Shown: positions 8,604-18,805, numbered from the stretch's first letter. The stretch is 64,000 nucleotides of DNA from Collinsella sp. (GCA_052346145.1 DAWDVX010000002.1:6671-70670), one strand, 5' to 3'. Numbers and translations: made by a program. Notes: generated by a model not told the origin, from the letters alone.

Positions 8604-9866
8604 CTACAACACCGTGCCCTCGGGCAGGTCGACACGCACGACATCCACGACGTCGCCCGCCTTGAGCTCGCACGGTCCTTCGTCAATACGCAGCAGGCAG
8701 TTGGACCGCTGCATCGTGCCGAGCAGCGCCGAATTCTGCGTCTTGGCCTCGGTCACCAACAGCTCACTGGTCTCGGGGTCGCGCAAAACCGTGGCGCGAT
8801 CGAAGAAGCGTCGGTCCTGGCGCTTTTTCACACCGTGGGTAAGAGCCGCTCGCTGCACGGGGCGCGCTCCCTCGGCAAAGCCACGCATTTTGCGAATTGC
8901 CGGACGGGCGAGCATCTCAAAGCCCACGTACGCCGCGGCCGGATTGCCTGAAAGCCCCAGGTAGGGCTTACCCCCAAGCAAGCCAAACGTGATGGCCTTG
9001 CCCGGACGCATCGAGATGCGGTCAAACAGTACCTCGCCCTCACGCCGGACGAGCGCCGTCACGAAATCGTAATCGCCCGCCGAGGCGCCACCGCTCGTAA
9101 TGACAAAATCGCACTCTCGCGTGGCGCGATGTACCAGCTCGGCAATCGCCTGCTCATCGTCGGGCGCAATGCCGTAAAACACGGGCTCGGCTCCCGCATC
9201 GAGCGCCTCGGCCATCAACGCCGAGGAGTTGGAATCGCGAATCTGACCGCGCGCCGGCACCTTACTCGGTGCGACCAGTTCCGTCCCCAGCGAGATAATG
9301 CCCACACGTGGGGCAGCGTGCACCTTCACGCTCACGTATCCGGCGCTTGCCAGCAAGCCGGCGCCCGCCGGAGCCACGACCTCGCCCGCGTACATCACAA
9401 CATCGCCGGCATGGGCCTCCTCGGCGGCAGAGCGAACGTTCTCCCCCACCTTGGCAGGCGCCGAGAAGCGAACATGCGAGCCCTCGTTGCCGTCGCCATC
9501 GAGCACGTCGACGATCTCGTATTTCACTACGGCGTCGGCACCTTCGGGTACCGGCGCACCTGTCATAATGCGGACCGTCTCGCCCGCGCCGATTGCGCCC
9601 TCAAACACATGGCCCGCAGCCTCGTGTCCAATAACATCGAGCGTCACCGGTGCCTCGCCAGATGCCTGCGCCAAGTCCGCCGAGCGCACGGCATATCCGT
9701 CCACAGCGCTGTTGGCAAACGGCGAGATATCGATATCGGCCACCGCGTCCTCGGCCAAGGGAAGACCGGCAGCCTGCCACACGGGAGTCTCAACAAGATC
9801 AGTCGGAGCAACGTGCGACAGGACAATCGACTGTGCGTCATCCAGCGGAATGAGTTTCTCTGCCAT
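8604..9866 (-). CDS. moeA: Molybdopterin molybdenumtransferase
   Basis: PFANSAVDGYAV, RIMTGAPVPEGADAVV, IRDSNS, ITSGGASAGDYD, MRPGK, LSGNP. Confidence 0.93.
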   Translation of the reverse strand: MAEKLIPLDDAQSIVLSHVAPTDLVETPVWQAAGLPLAEDAVADIDISPFANSAVDGYAVRSADLAQASGEAPVTLDVIGHEAAGHVFEGAIGAGETVRIMTGAPVPEGADAVVKYEIVDVLDGDGNEGSHVRFSAPAKVGENVRSAAEEAHAGDVVMYAGEVVAPAGAGLLASAGYVSVKVHAAPRVGIISLGTELVAPSKVPARGQIRDSNSSALMAEALDAGAEPVFYGIAPDDEQAIAELVHRATRECDFVITSGGASAGDYDFVTALVRREGEVLFDRISMRPGKAITFGLLGGKPYLGLSGNPAAAYVGFEMLARPAIRKMRGFAEGARPVQRAALTHGVKKRQDRRFFDRATVLRDPETSELLVTEAKTQNSALLGTMQRSNCLLRIDEGPCELKAGDVVDVVRVDLPEGTVL

Positions 9867-10076
9867 ATGCACCTCTTAATGCCACGGCGCACAACAGGGG
9901 CGCCAATTCTTTATGCTTGTCTCAGTATAATCCCCCAACGCACGACCGCGACTCGGCCTGTACCCGCAAATACACCTGTCGGTTGCAGGCCGCGAAACAG
10001 AATGGAAACCAACCCACCGGCTCGTCGCGTTTACCGCGTTTTATAATGCTTGCGTTGCAACCTAAAAGAGGAACGT

Positions 10077-11498
10077 ATGGCTCATAACGACAAACCCGAA
10101 AGCGCAAACAAAGCGCAGGATCATTCCCAGCCGCTCGACGACGGCGGCTTTTTCTCCCTTAATGACGTCATCACGGCAGGCAGGCATCAACTTACCCGCT
10201 CCGAGCATCTCTTGGCTGCCGACACGCGCCGCAACGCCCGCAACCTACTTGCGAGCGCTAAGTTGCTCGTACTCGTCGTCATCGTCTCGCTCGCCATGGG
10301 CGTTGCCGCTTGGGCGTTTTTGGCCTCGTTGAATATCGCGACCGACTATCGCGAGCACCATGTGTGGGTCTACGCCTTGCTTCCCGTTGTGGGCGTTGCC
10401 ACCGCATGGGTGTACAAAAACCACGGCCTTGCCGCCAAACGCGGCAATAACCTGGTCATCGACTCCGCTCTGGGCACACGCCTCATCCATATGCGCATGG
10501 CCGTCCTCACCTTCGTCTGCTCCACGCTCACGCACCTAACGGGCGGATCGGCCGGTCGCGAGGGAGCTGCGGTGCAGATTGGCGGCACCATCGCCAGCAA
10601 CATCTCGAGCCTCGCCCACCTCGAAAAGCATGACCACCACGACCTCATGCTCGCCGGCATCTCGTCGGCCTTTGGCGCCGTATTCGGCTCGCCCCTTGCC
10701 GGGGCTTTCTTTGGCATGGAGATGTGCTTTATCGGCAAGATCGACTACACCGCGGGCATCTACTGCCTGGTCGCCTCGTTTACCGGCTACTTTACGTCGC
10801 TTGCCTTGGGAACCGAGTACGAGGCGAATGTCATCGCCAGCGTTCCCAACATGACACCCAAAACGGTTGTCATCGTTGTTATCAGCGCCATTATCTTCGG
10901 TCTGACGGCACGCCTCTTTGCCTGGTCGGTTCGAACCGTCAAGAGCCTGTACGGTCGCTTTATCACCAATTACCTCGTTCGCGCACTCATAGGCGCACTC
11001 GTGGTTTTGGCCGCCTATGCCCTTCTCGACGCCTGGGACTACGCCGGCCTTTCCACGTGGCTTTCCGGCGCCGGATTTGCCGGCAACACCACCCTGGCAG
11101 ACGCAGCCATCAAGTTGGTCGTCACAGCGCTTACCCTGGGTGCGGGCTTCCAAGGCGGCGAGGTCACGCCCCTGTTTGGCATCGGTGCGGCGCTCGGCGG
11201 CTGGATCGGTTGCCTCGTCGGAATCGACCCCAGTTTTCTGGCGGCTCTCGGCATGCTCGGCGTGTTCTGTGCCGGCCTCAACGTGCCCATCACCACCTGT
11301 ATGATGGCCATCGACCTGTTCCACGGCACGGCAGCCGGCTTCTTCGTGATCGTAGCGTTTATCAGCTACCTAACCGGCGGACACCGCGGCGTGTACCCCG
11401 CCCAGCGCATCATCTCGCCCAAGCGCCGTTCGCTTATTGTGGATGAGGGCGGTACGGTAGCGGATGCTATCGAGCGCCACAACGACCTGATAGAGTAG
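10077..11498 (+). CDS. CLC-family anion transporter, fluoride-exporter (CLC-F/EriC-F) type
   Basis: GNNLV, GREGA and GEVTPLF match the CLC-F signature motifs (GNNLI/GREGT/GEVTP); many TM helices. Confidence 0.85.
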   Translation: MAHNDKPESANKAQDHSQPLDDGGFFSLNDVITAGRHQLTRSEHLLAADTRRNARNLLASAKLLVLVVIVSLAMGVAAWAFLASLNIATDYREHHVWVYALLPVVGVATAWVYKNHGLAAKRGNNLVIDSALGTRLIHMRMAVLTFVCSTLTHLTGGSAGREGAAVQIGGTIASNISSLAHLEKHDHHDLMLAGISSAFGAVFGSPLAGAFFGMEMCFIGKIDYTAGIYCLVASFTGYFTSLALGTEYEANVIASVPNMTPKTVVIVVISAIIFGLTARLFAWSVRTVKSLYGRFITNYLVRALIGALVVLAAYALLDAWDYAGLSTWLSGAGFAGNTTLADAAIKLVVTALTLGAGFQGGEVTPLFGIGAALGGWIGCLVGIDPSFLAALGMLGVFCAGLNVPITTCMMAIDLFHGTAAGFFVIVAFISYLTGGHRGVYPAQRIISPKRRSLIVDEGGTVADAIERHNDLIE

Positions 11499-11585
11499 AC
11501 GTAAGTATTCGACGTGCAGCCACAATCGGGGGCAATTCGACCTGAGCGCGACCGCACCGTCACGTCATACGCCGGGAGTCGCCCC

Positions 11586-12548
11586 ATGCACGCAACTGAT
11601 TTTGGCCGCACGCTCATCATCGCCAACCCAGCCGCCCAGTCGGGTGCGGCGCACGAAGTTGCCGAGCGCCTGCAACGCTTTTTGGATATGACCGCGCGCG
11701 CATCCCGGTTTGACCTGGTGCTGACCGAGCGCATGGGACACGCCAAGGAGCTGGCCGCACAGGCCGAGGGCTATCGCACCGTTATCGCCCTTGGCGGCGA
11801 CGGCGTGATTCACGAGGTCGTCAACGGGCTTATGACGCAAGAGGAGGACACCCGCCCCGCTCTTGCCATCCTACCCGTGGGCTCTGGCAACGATTTTGCC
11901 CAAACGCTCGGTATCGATGATTTCTCCGGCAAGGATTTTGGCGCGCTGCTCACCTGCGATCTGCAGCGTCAGGACATCGGGCGCATTCGCTCGTGGAGCC
12001 CTGCGAGTGGCAGCGGCGAGGCTACCGTTGAGTACTACGACCAGACGCTCTCGGTCGGCATCGATGCCGCCATCGGCCTGGGCACCACCGAGCTGCGCAA
12101 AAAGACGGGCCTCGCCGGCGCTCCGCTCTACACCCTATCGGGACTTGAACAGTTTGGCCTGCGCTATCGCAACTACCCCATGACCATCAGCTTTGATGGC
12201 GCGCCCGCCGAGCGCGTGCGGGCGGTTATCATGGCCATCCAGCTGGGTCCTACCTATGGCTCGGGCTATCGCATCTGTCCCGACGCCGACCCCTGTGACG
12301 GCATACTCGACGTCTGCTACGCCTGCGGCCCCGTTCCGCGCGCGGTCGCGCTTCCCATGTTCCTTTCGGCCAAAGATGGCCACCATACCAAGCTGCCACC
12401 GGTTCGCATGCGCCGCTGTCGCCATGCCGAGCTTACCTTTGAGGAGCCCGACTACCCCATTCAGGCCGACGGCGAGCCCGTTGTCGCCTCGCGCATCGAG
12501 GTCGACATCCTCGCCGGCGCCCTCCACGTCTGGCACCCCACCCGCTAG
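11586..12548 (+). CDS. Diacylglycerol kinase family lipid kinase (YegS/Rv2252/BmrU)
   Basis: IANPAA, LGGDGVIHEVVNG, PVGSGNDFA, QADGE. Confidence 0.88.
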   Translation: MHATDFGRTLIIANPAAQSGAAHEVAERLQRFLDMTARASRFDLVLTERMGHAKELAAQAEGYRTVIALGGDGVIHEVVNGLMTQEEDTRPALAILPVGSGNDFAQTLGIDDFSGKDFGALLTCDLQRQDIGRIRSWSPASGSGEATVEYYDQTLSVGIDAAIGLGTTELRKKTGLAGAPLYTLSGLEQFGLRYRNYPMTISFDGAPAERVRAVIMAIQLGPTYGSGYRICPDADPCDGILDVCYACGPVPRAVALPMFLSAKDGHHTKLPPVRMRRCRHAELTFEEPDYPIQADGEPVVASRIEVDILAGALHVWHPTR

Positions 12549-12557
12549 CCCCACCTA

Positions 12558-12624
12558 AGTTGCGGTGAAATAGGGACTGTTTATGCAGCTAAAGTCGCAA
12601 AACAGTCCCTATTTCACCGCAACT
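12558..12624. repeat. 67-bp inverted-repeat element (AGTTGCGGTG...CACCGCAACT), copy 1
   Basis: Perfect 27-bp inverted repeat at 12556-12582/12600-12626; same termini and length as 21125-21191 and 33363-33429. Confidence 0.85.
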
Positions 12625-12634
12625 TATGAGAAGG

Positions 12635-13015
12635 CTATTCGTCGCTGCCCGGTTTGCGACGGTTGGCCTTTTTAATGGCGTTGAAGTGTTTGTCGTTGAG
12701 CCTGCGCTGGCGAGAGCGCTGAGGCACCTTGGTCTTTACGCGTCGGCGCGGTGGACGCCCGCGACGCTCAAGCTCAGCGCGCAACTTACGCAGACAGCTC
12801 GCGCGATTCTGAAACTGGCTGCGGCTCTCACGCGCCGTCACGACAATCCCCGAAGGGATATGTTTCATGCGCACCGCCGAGTCCGTCGTGTTCACGCCCT
12901 GTCCGCCCGGACCTGTCGCGCGAAACACCTGCACCTCGCAATCGCGCGCCAACTCCTCGACCGACATCTCGGCATAGCGCGCATACTCGCGCCATCCCAT
13001 CTTGTTCTCATCCAT
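12635..13015 (-). CDS. arfB: Alternative ribosome-rescue peptidyl-tRNA hydrolase (ArfB/YaeJ-like)
   Basis: [17 protein letters not shown] (GGQ motif), RSQFQNR, basic C-terminal tail; GGAGG RBS before MDENK. Confidence 0.8.
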   Translation of the reverse strand: MDENKMGWREYARYAEMSVEELARDCEVQVFRATGPGGQGVNTTDSAVRMKHIPSGIVVTARESRSQFQNRASCLRKLRAELERRGRPPRRRVKTKVPQRSRQRRLNDKHFNAIKKANRRKPGSDE

Positions 13016-13040
13016 ATCAACACCTCCCCTCATACAAAAA

Positions 13041-13071
13041 ATGTGACAAAGGGAAAGTCCCTTTGTCACAT
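13041..13071 (-). terminator. Hairpin terminator after xpt
   Basis: ATGTGACAAAGGGA/TCCCTTTGTCACAT perfect stem with a T-run on the minus strand. Confidence 0.65.
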
Positions 13072-13098
13072 CGCATACCAATCGCTTGTGTTGCGCGC

Positions 13099-13677
13099 TT
13101 AGGCGAAGGTGATCTCGCCGGTCTCGCAGTCCATATCGGCGATACGGGCCAGGCTCTCAACGCGGAAGCCGCGCTCGCGGAGCTTATCGCCACCGCCCTG
13201 GAAGCCCTTCTCCACCGCAATGCCAATACCGGACACCTCGGCACCCGCAGCCTCGCAGATCTTGATAAGACCCTCGAGCGCGCAGCCGTTGGCCAGGAAG
13301 TCGTCGATGATCAGGACCTTGTCGCCCTCGGACAGGAAACGCTTGCCGACGATGACCGGGTACTCCTTCTGCTTGGTAAAGGAGTAGATGGTCGTGGCAT
13401 ACTGCTCGCCGTCGAGGTTGATGGACTGCGCCTTCTTGGCAAAGACCACCGGCACGCCGCCAAAATGCTGGGCTGCAATGCAAGCCATGCCAATGCCCGA
13501 AGCCTCGATCGTCAGGATCTTGTTGATCTCGACACCCTCGAACAGACGGGCCCACTCGGCGCCCATGTGGTCGAACAGCTCAACGTCGCATTGGTGGTTG
13601 AGGAAGGCATCAACCTTAAGGACGTTACCGGCCTTTACGATGCCGTCATGGCGAATACGATCCTCAAGCTCCTGCAT
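13099..13677 (-). CDS. xpt: Xanthine phosphoribosyltransferase
   Basis: [45 protein letters not shown]. Confidence 0.95.
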   Translation of the reverse strand: MQELEDRIRHDGIVKAGNVLKVDAFLNHQCDVELFDHMGAEWARLFEGVEINKILTIEASGIGMACIAAQHFGGVPVVFAKKAQSINLDGEQYATTIYSFTKQKEYPVIVGKRFLSEGDKVLIIDDFLANGCALEGLIKICEAAGAEVSGIGIAVEKGFQGGGDKLRERGFRVESLARIADMDCETGEITFA

Positions 13678-13835
13678 GGCGCAACCCCTTCTCGCGGCAA
13701 CGATACCGCGCGATTAATAAACGTTGTTCGATAGTCTACCACGGACCGACCCCCGCCCGTCCCACAAGCCGCATCGCACCATAAAGCCGCAAGACCAGTA
13801 GATGGGCCGATTCGTGGCAAGCCTGCCTCCACAAG

Positions 13836-15140
13836 CTAACGGCGGGCGCGCATCTTCACCAAACGCACCATGGCGAGCGCAAAGCCCACAGCGGCCACAG
13901 CCATAAGCACGTAGAACACCGAGCGAAAGCCGAACAGGAACACATCCGGACGGCCTGCAACAATACTGGTCACGGCCTCGCCCATCGCCACGCTCATCTG
14001 CCCATAGAGGATATGCGAACCTGCCGTAATACCCAGCGCCATGCCCGCATAGCGCGCCAAGCTGCCCAAGCTACCTGCAAAGCCAAGTGCCTCGCGCGGA
14101 GCCGAGCCCATATACAGCGAGTTATTGGGACTCTGGAAAATCGACGTACCGCACGACATAAACGCGACGCAACACACGATCACAGGGATAGAAGAGTGCT
14201 CGTCGAGCGTGCTTACCGCAAAGAGACCGCACACGTACAAGCCCAGACCGACCGCCGTGGGGCCCTCGCAGCCAACGCGGTCCGAAACCGTACCCGAAAG
14301 CGGCCCGATAAAGGCATTCACCATCGGCAGCGCCAAAAAGAGCAATCCGGAAATGTCGGAACCAAAGCCGTGGGCGTCCTGAAAATAGAACGGCAGGATA
14401 AACTCGGATGCGCCAATACCAACGAACACGATGAGCATGCAGGCAAGGTTGATGGTGAAGGCCGAATTTGCCAAGCAGCGACGAGCAGCCTCAATCAAGG
14501 ACATGGGGCGCTCGCCGGCCTCCGGCTTAACATGCGGCAGCGTGTAGAGCCCCACGATAAACGAGATTATGCCAATAGGCAGGTTGATGAGGAAGATACT
14601 CTCCCAGGGAAAGCTTGCCACCAGCATGCCGCCGAGCACGGGGCCACACATCATGCCGAGGGCCACAAAGGTCGCGAGAATACCCATGGCACGGCCTCGT
14701 TCGCGCGCCGGAAACGACTCGGTGATGATACCCATGTTGTTAGCCATGGCCGCCGCGCAACCGATGCCCTGAACAATGCGTGCCAGGATAAGAACCTCGA
14801 GCGAGGCCGAAAGGCCGCACAGCAGCGAACCGACCGAAAAGACGATGACGCCCAGCTGGAACACGTTCACCTTGCCGCGCACGTCGCCCAGACGGCCAAA
14901 CGGCAGCATAGCCACGCATGTCGCAAGCAGGTACACCGAACTCACCAGCTGAATGCGATCGAGGCCCACGCCCAGCTCCTTTTGCATCACGGGCAGCGCC
15001 ACGGTCACGACGGTCGAATCCAGACACACCATAAACGTCATGATGAGCACGGTAAACAGAATCGCCCACTTGTTCTTGCCATGGGTGTCGCCCTCTAGGG
15101 CAATGTGCTCGCGGCGCAGCTGCTCTGCGGTTTTCTCCAT
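13836..15140 (-). CDS. MFS transporter (DHA2/EmrB-QacA-like)
   Basis: LDSTVVTVALP, GRLGDVRGK, ARIVQGIG, ERGRAMG, GPVLGG, WESIFLINLPIG. Confidence 0.85.
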   Translation of the reverse strand: MEKTAEQLRREHIALEGDTHGKNKWAILFTVLIMTFMVCLDSTVVTVALPVMQKELGVGLDRIQLVSSVYLLATCVAMLPFGRLGDVRGKVNVFQLGVIVFSVGSLLCGLSASLEVLILARIVQGIGCAAAMANNMGIITESFPARERGRAMGILATFVALGMMCGPVLGGMLVASFPWESIFLINLPIGIISFIVGLYTLPHVKPEAGERPMSLIEAARRCLANSAFTINLACMLIVFVGIGASEFILPFYFQDAHGFGSDISGLLFLALPMVNAFIGPLSGTVSDRVGCEGPTAVGLGLYVCGLFAVSTLDEHSSIPVIVCCVAFMSCGTSIFQSPNNSLYMGSAPREALGFAGSLGSLARYAGMALGITAGSHILYGQMSVAMGEAVTSIVAGRPDVFLFGFRSVFYVLMAVAAVGFALAMVRLVKMRARR

Positions 15141-15280
15141 ATCCATCCTTTCGAGTGGCGCAACGCAAAAACGGGGCCCCAATCGCCTGCAAACTGCCGC
15201 GATTGGGGTCCCGCCTACGGAATCGGAACGAAAGGTCGCCGAAGCTTTCTGCCAGCATCGGCGCCTTGTACGGAGCTAGC

Positions 15281-16564
15281 CTAGCACTGCTCGAGTGCCT
15301 GCTCAAGGTCGGCAATCAAGTCGGCCGTGTCCTCGAGGCCGCACGACAGGCGCACCATGTCGGCGGAGATGCCACAGGCGATGAGCTCCTCATCGTTCAT
15401 CTGGCGATGCGTGGCATTAGCGGGATGCAGGCAGCAAGTGCGGGCGTCGGCCACGTGCGTGGCGATCTGGGCGAGCTTGAGGCTCTTCATAAAGGTCTCG
15501 GCCGCCGCGCGACCACCGTTAAAGCCAAAGCTCACAACGCCGCAGGTACCGTTGGGCATGTACTTCTGAGCGATGTCATAGTACTTATCGCCCTCCAGGC
15601 CCGGATAGCTCACGAAGCGCACCTTGGGATGGCTCTGCAGGAACTTGGCAACGGCCAGGCCGTTCTCGCAATGACGCGGCATGCGCACATGCAGGCTCTC
15701 GAGCGAGCTGTTCAGGAAGAAGGCCGCCTGCGGATTCTGCATAGGACCAAGATCGCGCATGAGCTGAGCGGTTGCCTTGGTAATGAAGGCACCCTCGCGA
15801 CCAAACTTCTCGGCATAGGTCACGCCGTGGTAGCTCTCATCGGGCGTGGTAAGACCCGGGAACTTGTCCGCATGAGCCATCCAGTCAAACTGGCCGTGGT
15901 CAACGATCACGCCGCCCAGGTAGGCAGCATGTCCATCCATGTACTTGGTGGTGGAGTGCGTAACGATATCGGCGCCCCACTCAAAGGGACGGCACATCAC
16001 GGGCGTCGGGAAGGTGTTGTCGACCATCAGCGGCACGCCGTGGTCATGTGCGGCCTTGGCAAAGCGCTCAATATCGAGCACAGCAAGGGCGGGGTTGGCA
16101 ATCGTCTCGCCAAAGACGAGCTTGGTATTGGGCTCAAAGGCTGCCTCGAGCTCCTCATCGGTGCAGTCGGGGGCGACGAACGTGCAGGTCACGCCCATGC
16201 GGCCCATGGTGTGGGCGAGCAGGTTATACGTACCGCCGTAAATGGCAGAGCTAGCAACCACATGATCGCCGGCACCGGCCACGTTAAAGATCGCGAGGAA
16301 GTTCGCAGCCATGCCCGAGCTCGTGAGCATCGCAGCGGTGCCGCCCTCCATCTCGCAGATCTTGGCGGCAACGAGATCGCACGTGGGGTTCTGCAGGCGG
16401 CTGTAGAAGTAGCCCGACTCCTCCAGGTCAAACAGCTTGCCCATGTGCTCGGACGTGTCGTACTTCCACGTGGTGGACTGGTAGATGGGCACCTGGCGCG
16501 GCTCGGCATCTCCCGGGTGATAGCCGCCCTGAACACATGTAGTACCGATGGTCTGCTCGCTCAT
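15281..16564 (-). CDS. metY: O-acetylhomoserine aminocarboxypropyltransferase / cysteine synthase (Cys/Met PLP family)
   Basis: YSRLQNPT, SSGMAA, YGGTYNL, ETIANP, VDNTF, HSTTKYMDGH, HPANATHRQM, RLSCGLE. Confidence 0.88.
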   Translation of the reverse strand: MSEQTIGTTCVQGGYHPGDAEPRQVPIYQSTTWKYDTSEHMGKLFDLEESGYFYSRLQNPTCDLVAAKICEMEGGTAAMLTSSGMAANFLAIFNVAGAGDHVVASSAIYGGTYNLLAHTMGRMGVTCTFVAPDCTDEELEAAFEPNTKLVFGETIANPALAVLDIERFAKAAHDHGVPLMVDNTFPTPVMCRPFEWGADIVTHSTTKYMDGHAAYLGGVIVDHGQFDWMAHADKFPGLTTPDESYHGVTYAEKFGREGAFITKATAQLMRDLGPMQNPQAAFFLNSSLESLHVRMPRHCENGLAVAKFLQSHPKVRFVSYPGLEGDKYYDIAQKYMPNGTCGVVSFGFNGGRAAAETFMKSLKLAQIATHVADARTCCLHPANATHRQMNDEELIACGISADMVRLSCGLEDTADLIADLEQALEQC

Positions 16565-16795
16565 ATCTAGCTCCCTTGCCTGGGTTTTAGTTTTATTCGG
16601 TTCACGATACCGCTACCCCGCACCCCTCTCAACCCATCCCCAAGGTAGGTTAATGGACAAATTGATCAGGGGTATTTATCTCAAGCTTTGGGCATTTGCT
16701 CGATAGATAAAAACGAGGCATCCATGAAGCTCTCGATGATTACATGCCCCGTCACGGGTACCATAGGCGGGTACACCGTGACCAAGGAGACAACG

Positions 16796-17242
16796 ATGAA
16801 GCAAATCGATACGGCCCAGCTCGGCATCACCGCCTGTCAGGCTCAAGCTGCCGAATATCACGCCCGTGGCTTTAACTGCGCCCAGGCCGTCGCCTGCACG
16901 CTCGCGCCCGCCGTCGGGCTCGACCCCCAGGTCGCCTTTACCCTCACCGAGGGCTTTGGCGCCGGCATGGGCGGCATGACCGAAACTTGCGGCGCCATCT
17001 CGGGCGCCGTGGCCATCATGGGCTTTGTAATGAGCGACGGCATGGAAAACCCCAAGACCAAGGGCCAGACCTACAAGCTGTCGCGCGAAATCGCCAAGCG
17101 CTTTGGCGAGAAGAACACGACGACCGTCTGCGGCACGCTCAAGGGTATCGGATCGGACAAGGGTCCGCTCCGCAGCTGCCCCGGCTGCATCGACGATGCC
17201 GTCGAGATCGCCTGCGATGTGCTAAAGCAGCTCGCCGAGTAA
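16796..17242 (+). CDS. C_GCAxxG_C_C family putative redox-active protein
   Basis: NCAQAV, GFGAGMG, TCGAISGA, VCGTL, SCPGCI; AAGGAG RBS. Confidence 0.85.
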   Translation: MKQIDTAQLGITACQAQAAEYHARGFNCAQAVACTLAPAVGLDPQVAFTLTEGFGAGMGGMTETCGAISGAVAIMGFVMSDGMENPKTKGQTYKLSREIAKRFGEKNTTTVCGTLKGIGSDKGPLRSCPGCIDDAVEIACDVLKQLAE

Positions 17243-17310
17243 ACGGCAGCAACAGAAAAACGACAGCCGGCGCGCTTGGGATCCATCCAAAAGCACGCCG
17301 GCCGTCGCCG

Positions 17311-17949
17311 TTAGAACTCGGCAAATTCGGGAGCGCCGACCTCAATCTCCTCACGCCCCGCCATAAGCTCGCGCATCTTAGCGCAAAACGGCTCCTGCTC
17401 CCCCGCTTTGAACACCAAATGAATCGTCACGGCATCCGCGTAGTCGGTGCCCGAAACCTTGGCACCCGAATCCTGCGCCAAACGAAGCACCTGCTCGTAC
17501 TGCGGATAGGCCACATGCACGTCAACCGGCACGACGCTTGTCATCTCAACGATCTGCCCGGCCTCCTGAGCCGCGGCCACCGCCGTCTGCGTCGCCGCGG
17601 TATAGGCGCGTACCAAGCCACCGGGCCCTAACAGCGTGCCACCAAAATAGCGCGTCACTACGCAGCAAACATTTTTGAGCCCCGCGCCGCGCAACACCTC
17701 GAGCGTCGGCATACCGCTTGTGTGGCTCGGCTCACCATCATCGCTCTGGCGCTCGCGTCCATCGACTAAAATCCACACGGGAACATTGTGTCGAGCGTCG
17801 TAATGACGCTTGCGAACCATCTCGATAAAGGCATTCGCCTCGTCCTCGGACTCAATATGGACCAGCTGGGCAATAAACCGGCTCTTGCGGTCCACAAACT
17901 CGCCCGAAGCCTCAATATTCGATTGCAGAGAAAAATAGCTGTCCAACAA
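17311..17949 (-). CDS. yigZ: YigZ/IMPACT family protein
   Basis: KSRFIA, ARHNV, SDDGEP, VVTRYFGGTLLGPGGLVRAY. Confidence 0.9.
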   Translation of the reverse strand: MLDSYFSLQSNIEASGEFVDRKSRFIAQLVHIESEDEANAFIEMVRKRHYDARHNVPVWILVDGRERQSDDGEPSHTSGMPTLEVLRGAGLKNVCCVVTRYFGGTLLGPGGLVRAYTAATQTAVAAAQEAGQIVEMTSVVPVDVHVAYPQYEQVLRLAQDSGAKVSGTDYADAVTIHLVFKAGEQEPFCAKMRELMAGREEIEVGAPEFAEF

Positions 17950-18064
17950 AGCCCCTCAACAAAATAAAGCGCAGCAACAAACAGCCTCAATAATACGGCA
18001 AAGACAGCACCGTTGACCTCGCCAACAAGAACGGAAACGCCAATGATACCGTCACCAACAGCGA

Positions 18065-18163
18065 GAACCCGTCAGCGCGAGCAAGGTGCCTTGAAAGACA
18101 AGGGCATTGACCTTATGGTCATGCCCGAAGGCTTGAAAGGCAGATTGCCGCGCTGACGGGTTC
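18065..18163 (+). repeat. Structured intergenic palindromic element, family A, copy 3 (diverged stems)
   Basis: AACCCGTCAGCGCG/CGCGCTGACGGGTT outer stem, GAAAGA, inner TGACC-TTAT-GGTCA, GAAGGCTTGA. Confidence 0.65.
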
Positions 18164-18179
18164 GCAGCGTCAACAAAGT

Positions 18180-18541
18180 GCTGAGTGGGCCGATAAGCCG
18201 GGTTCTGTCGTGAACGGTCATTTATCTTGTCTGCACGTTACCGTGCAGTTCCACGCACGCTACCCGAACGCGGACCGGGCCGGCCCATAGCGTTCCTATT
18301 CGCGCTTGCTCCGGATGGGGCTTGCCAAGCCGCCGTGTTACCACGACGCTGGTGGTCTCTTACACCACCGTTTCAGCTTTTCCCTTTACGCCTTGCGGCG
18401 CAGGTGGGAGTCTTCTTTTCTGCGGCGCTTTCCGTCGGATCACTCCGCCCGGCCGTTAGCCGGCATCCCGCCCTCTGGAGCCCGGACTTTCCTCACGCGT
18501 GCTGCAAGCAGCACATCGCGCGACCGTCTGGCCCACTCAGC
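18180..18541 (-). ncRNA. rnpB: RNase P RNA, bacterial type A
   Basis: Minus strand carries GAGGAAAGTCCGGGCTCC near the 5' end and ACAGAACCCGGCTTAT near the 3' end; termini GCTGAGTGGGCC/GGCCCACTCAGC pair as P1. Confidence 0.97.
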
Positions 18542-18635
18542 AGTGCAAGAGTGTAACACACCGTTGCCGCAGGCAATGGCACAACGCAAACGCTCGACAC
18601 GATAAACCAAGAACCGCCATGCGCTACAATGGTCC

Positions 18636-18739
18636 TGTCGATGGGCAACGTCGTCAGTCGAGACGCGACCGCGCTCCACACCCCTCCGTCTACTCGGTGT
18701 GTTCCCGCCTCCTCCCCGAGGCGGGATGTCGGCATTTTT
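18636..18739 (+). ncRNA. Candidate small RNA with two C-rich-loop hairpins
   Basis: TACAAT at 18625-18630; hairpins 18677-18701 and 18703-18726 with CCTCC-containing loops; ends in TTTTT. Confidence 0.35.
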
Positions 18740-18805
18740 CATGCACTGACAACCCAATAGCCTGTGGACAGCCCGGGCAGCATCGCGCACCTCAGCAGCA
18801 AATGC

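Noticed and set aside
9870..10175. Fluoride riboswitch ahead of the CLC-F gene
   Set aside because: Only a TAATGAC fragment inside the coding region was found; the conserved P1/pseudoknot layout is not visible.
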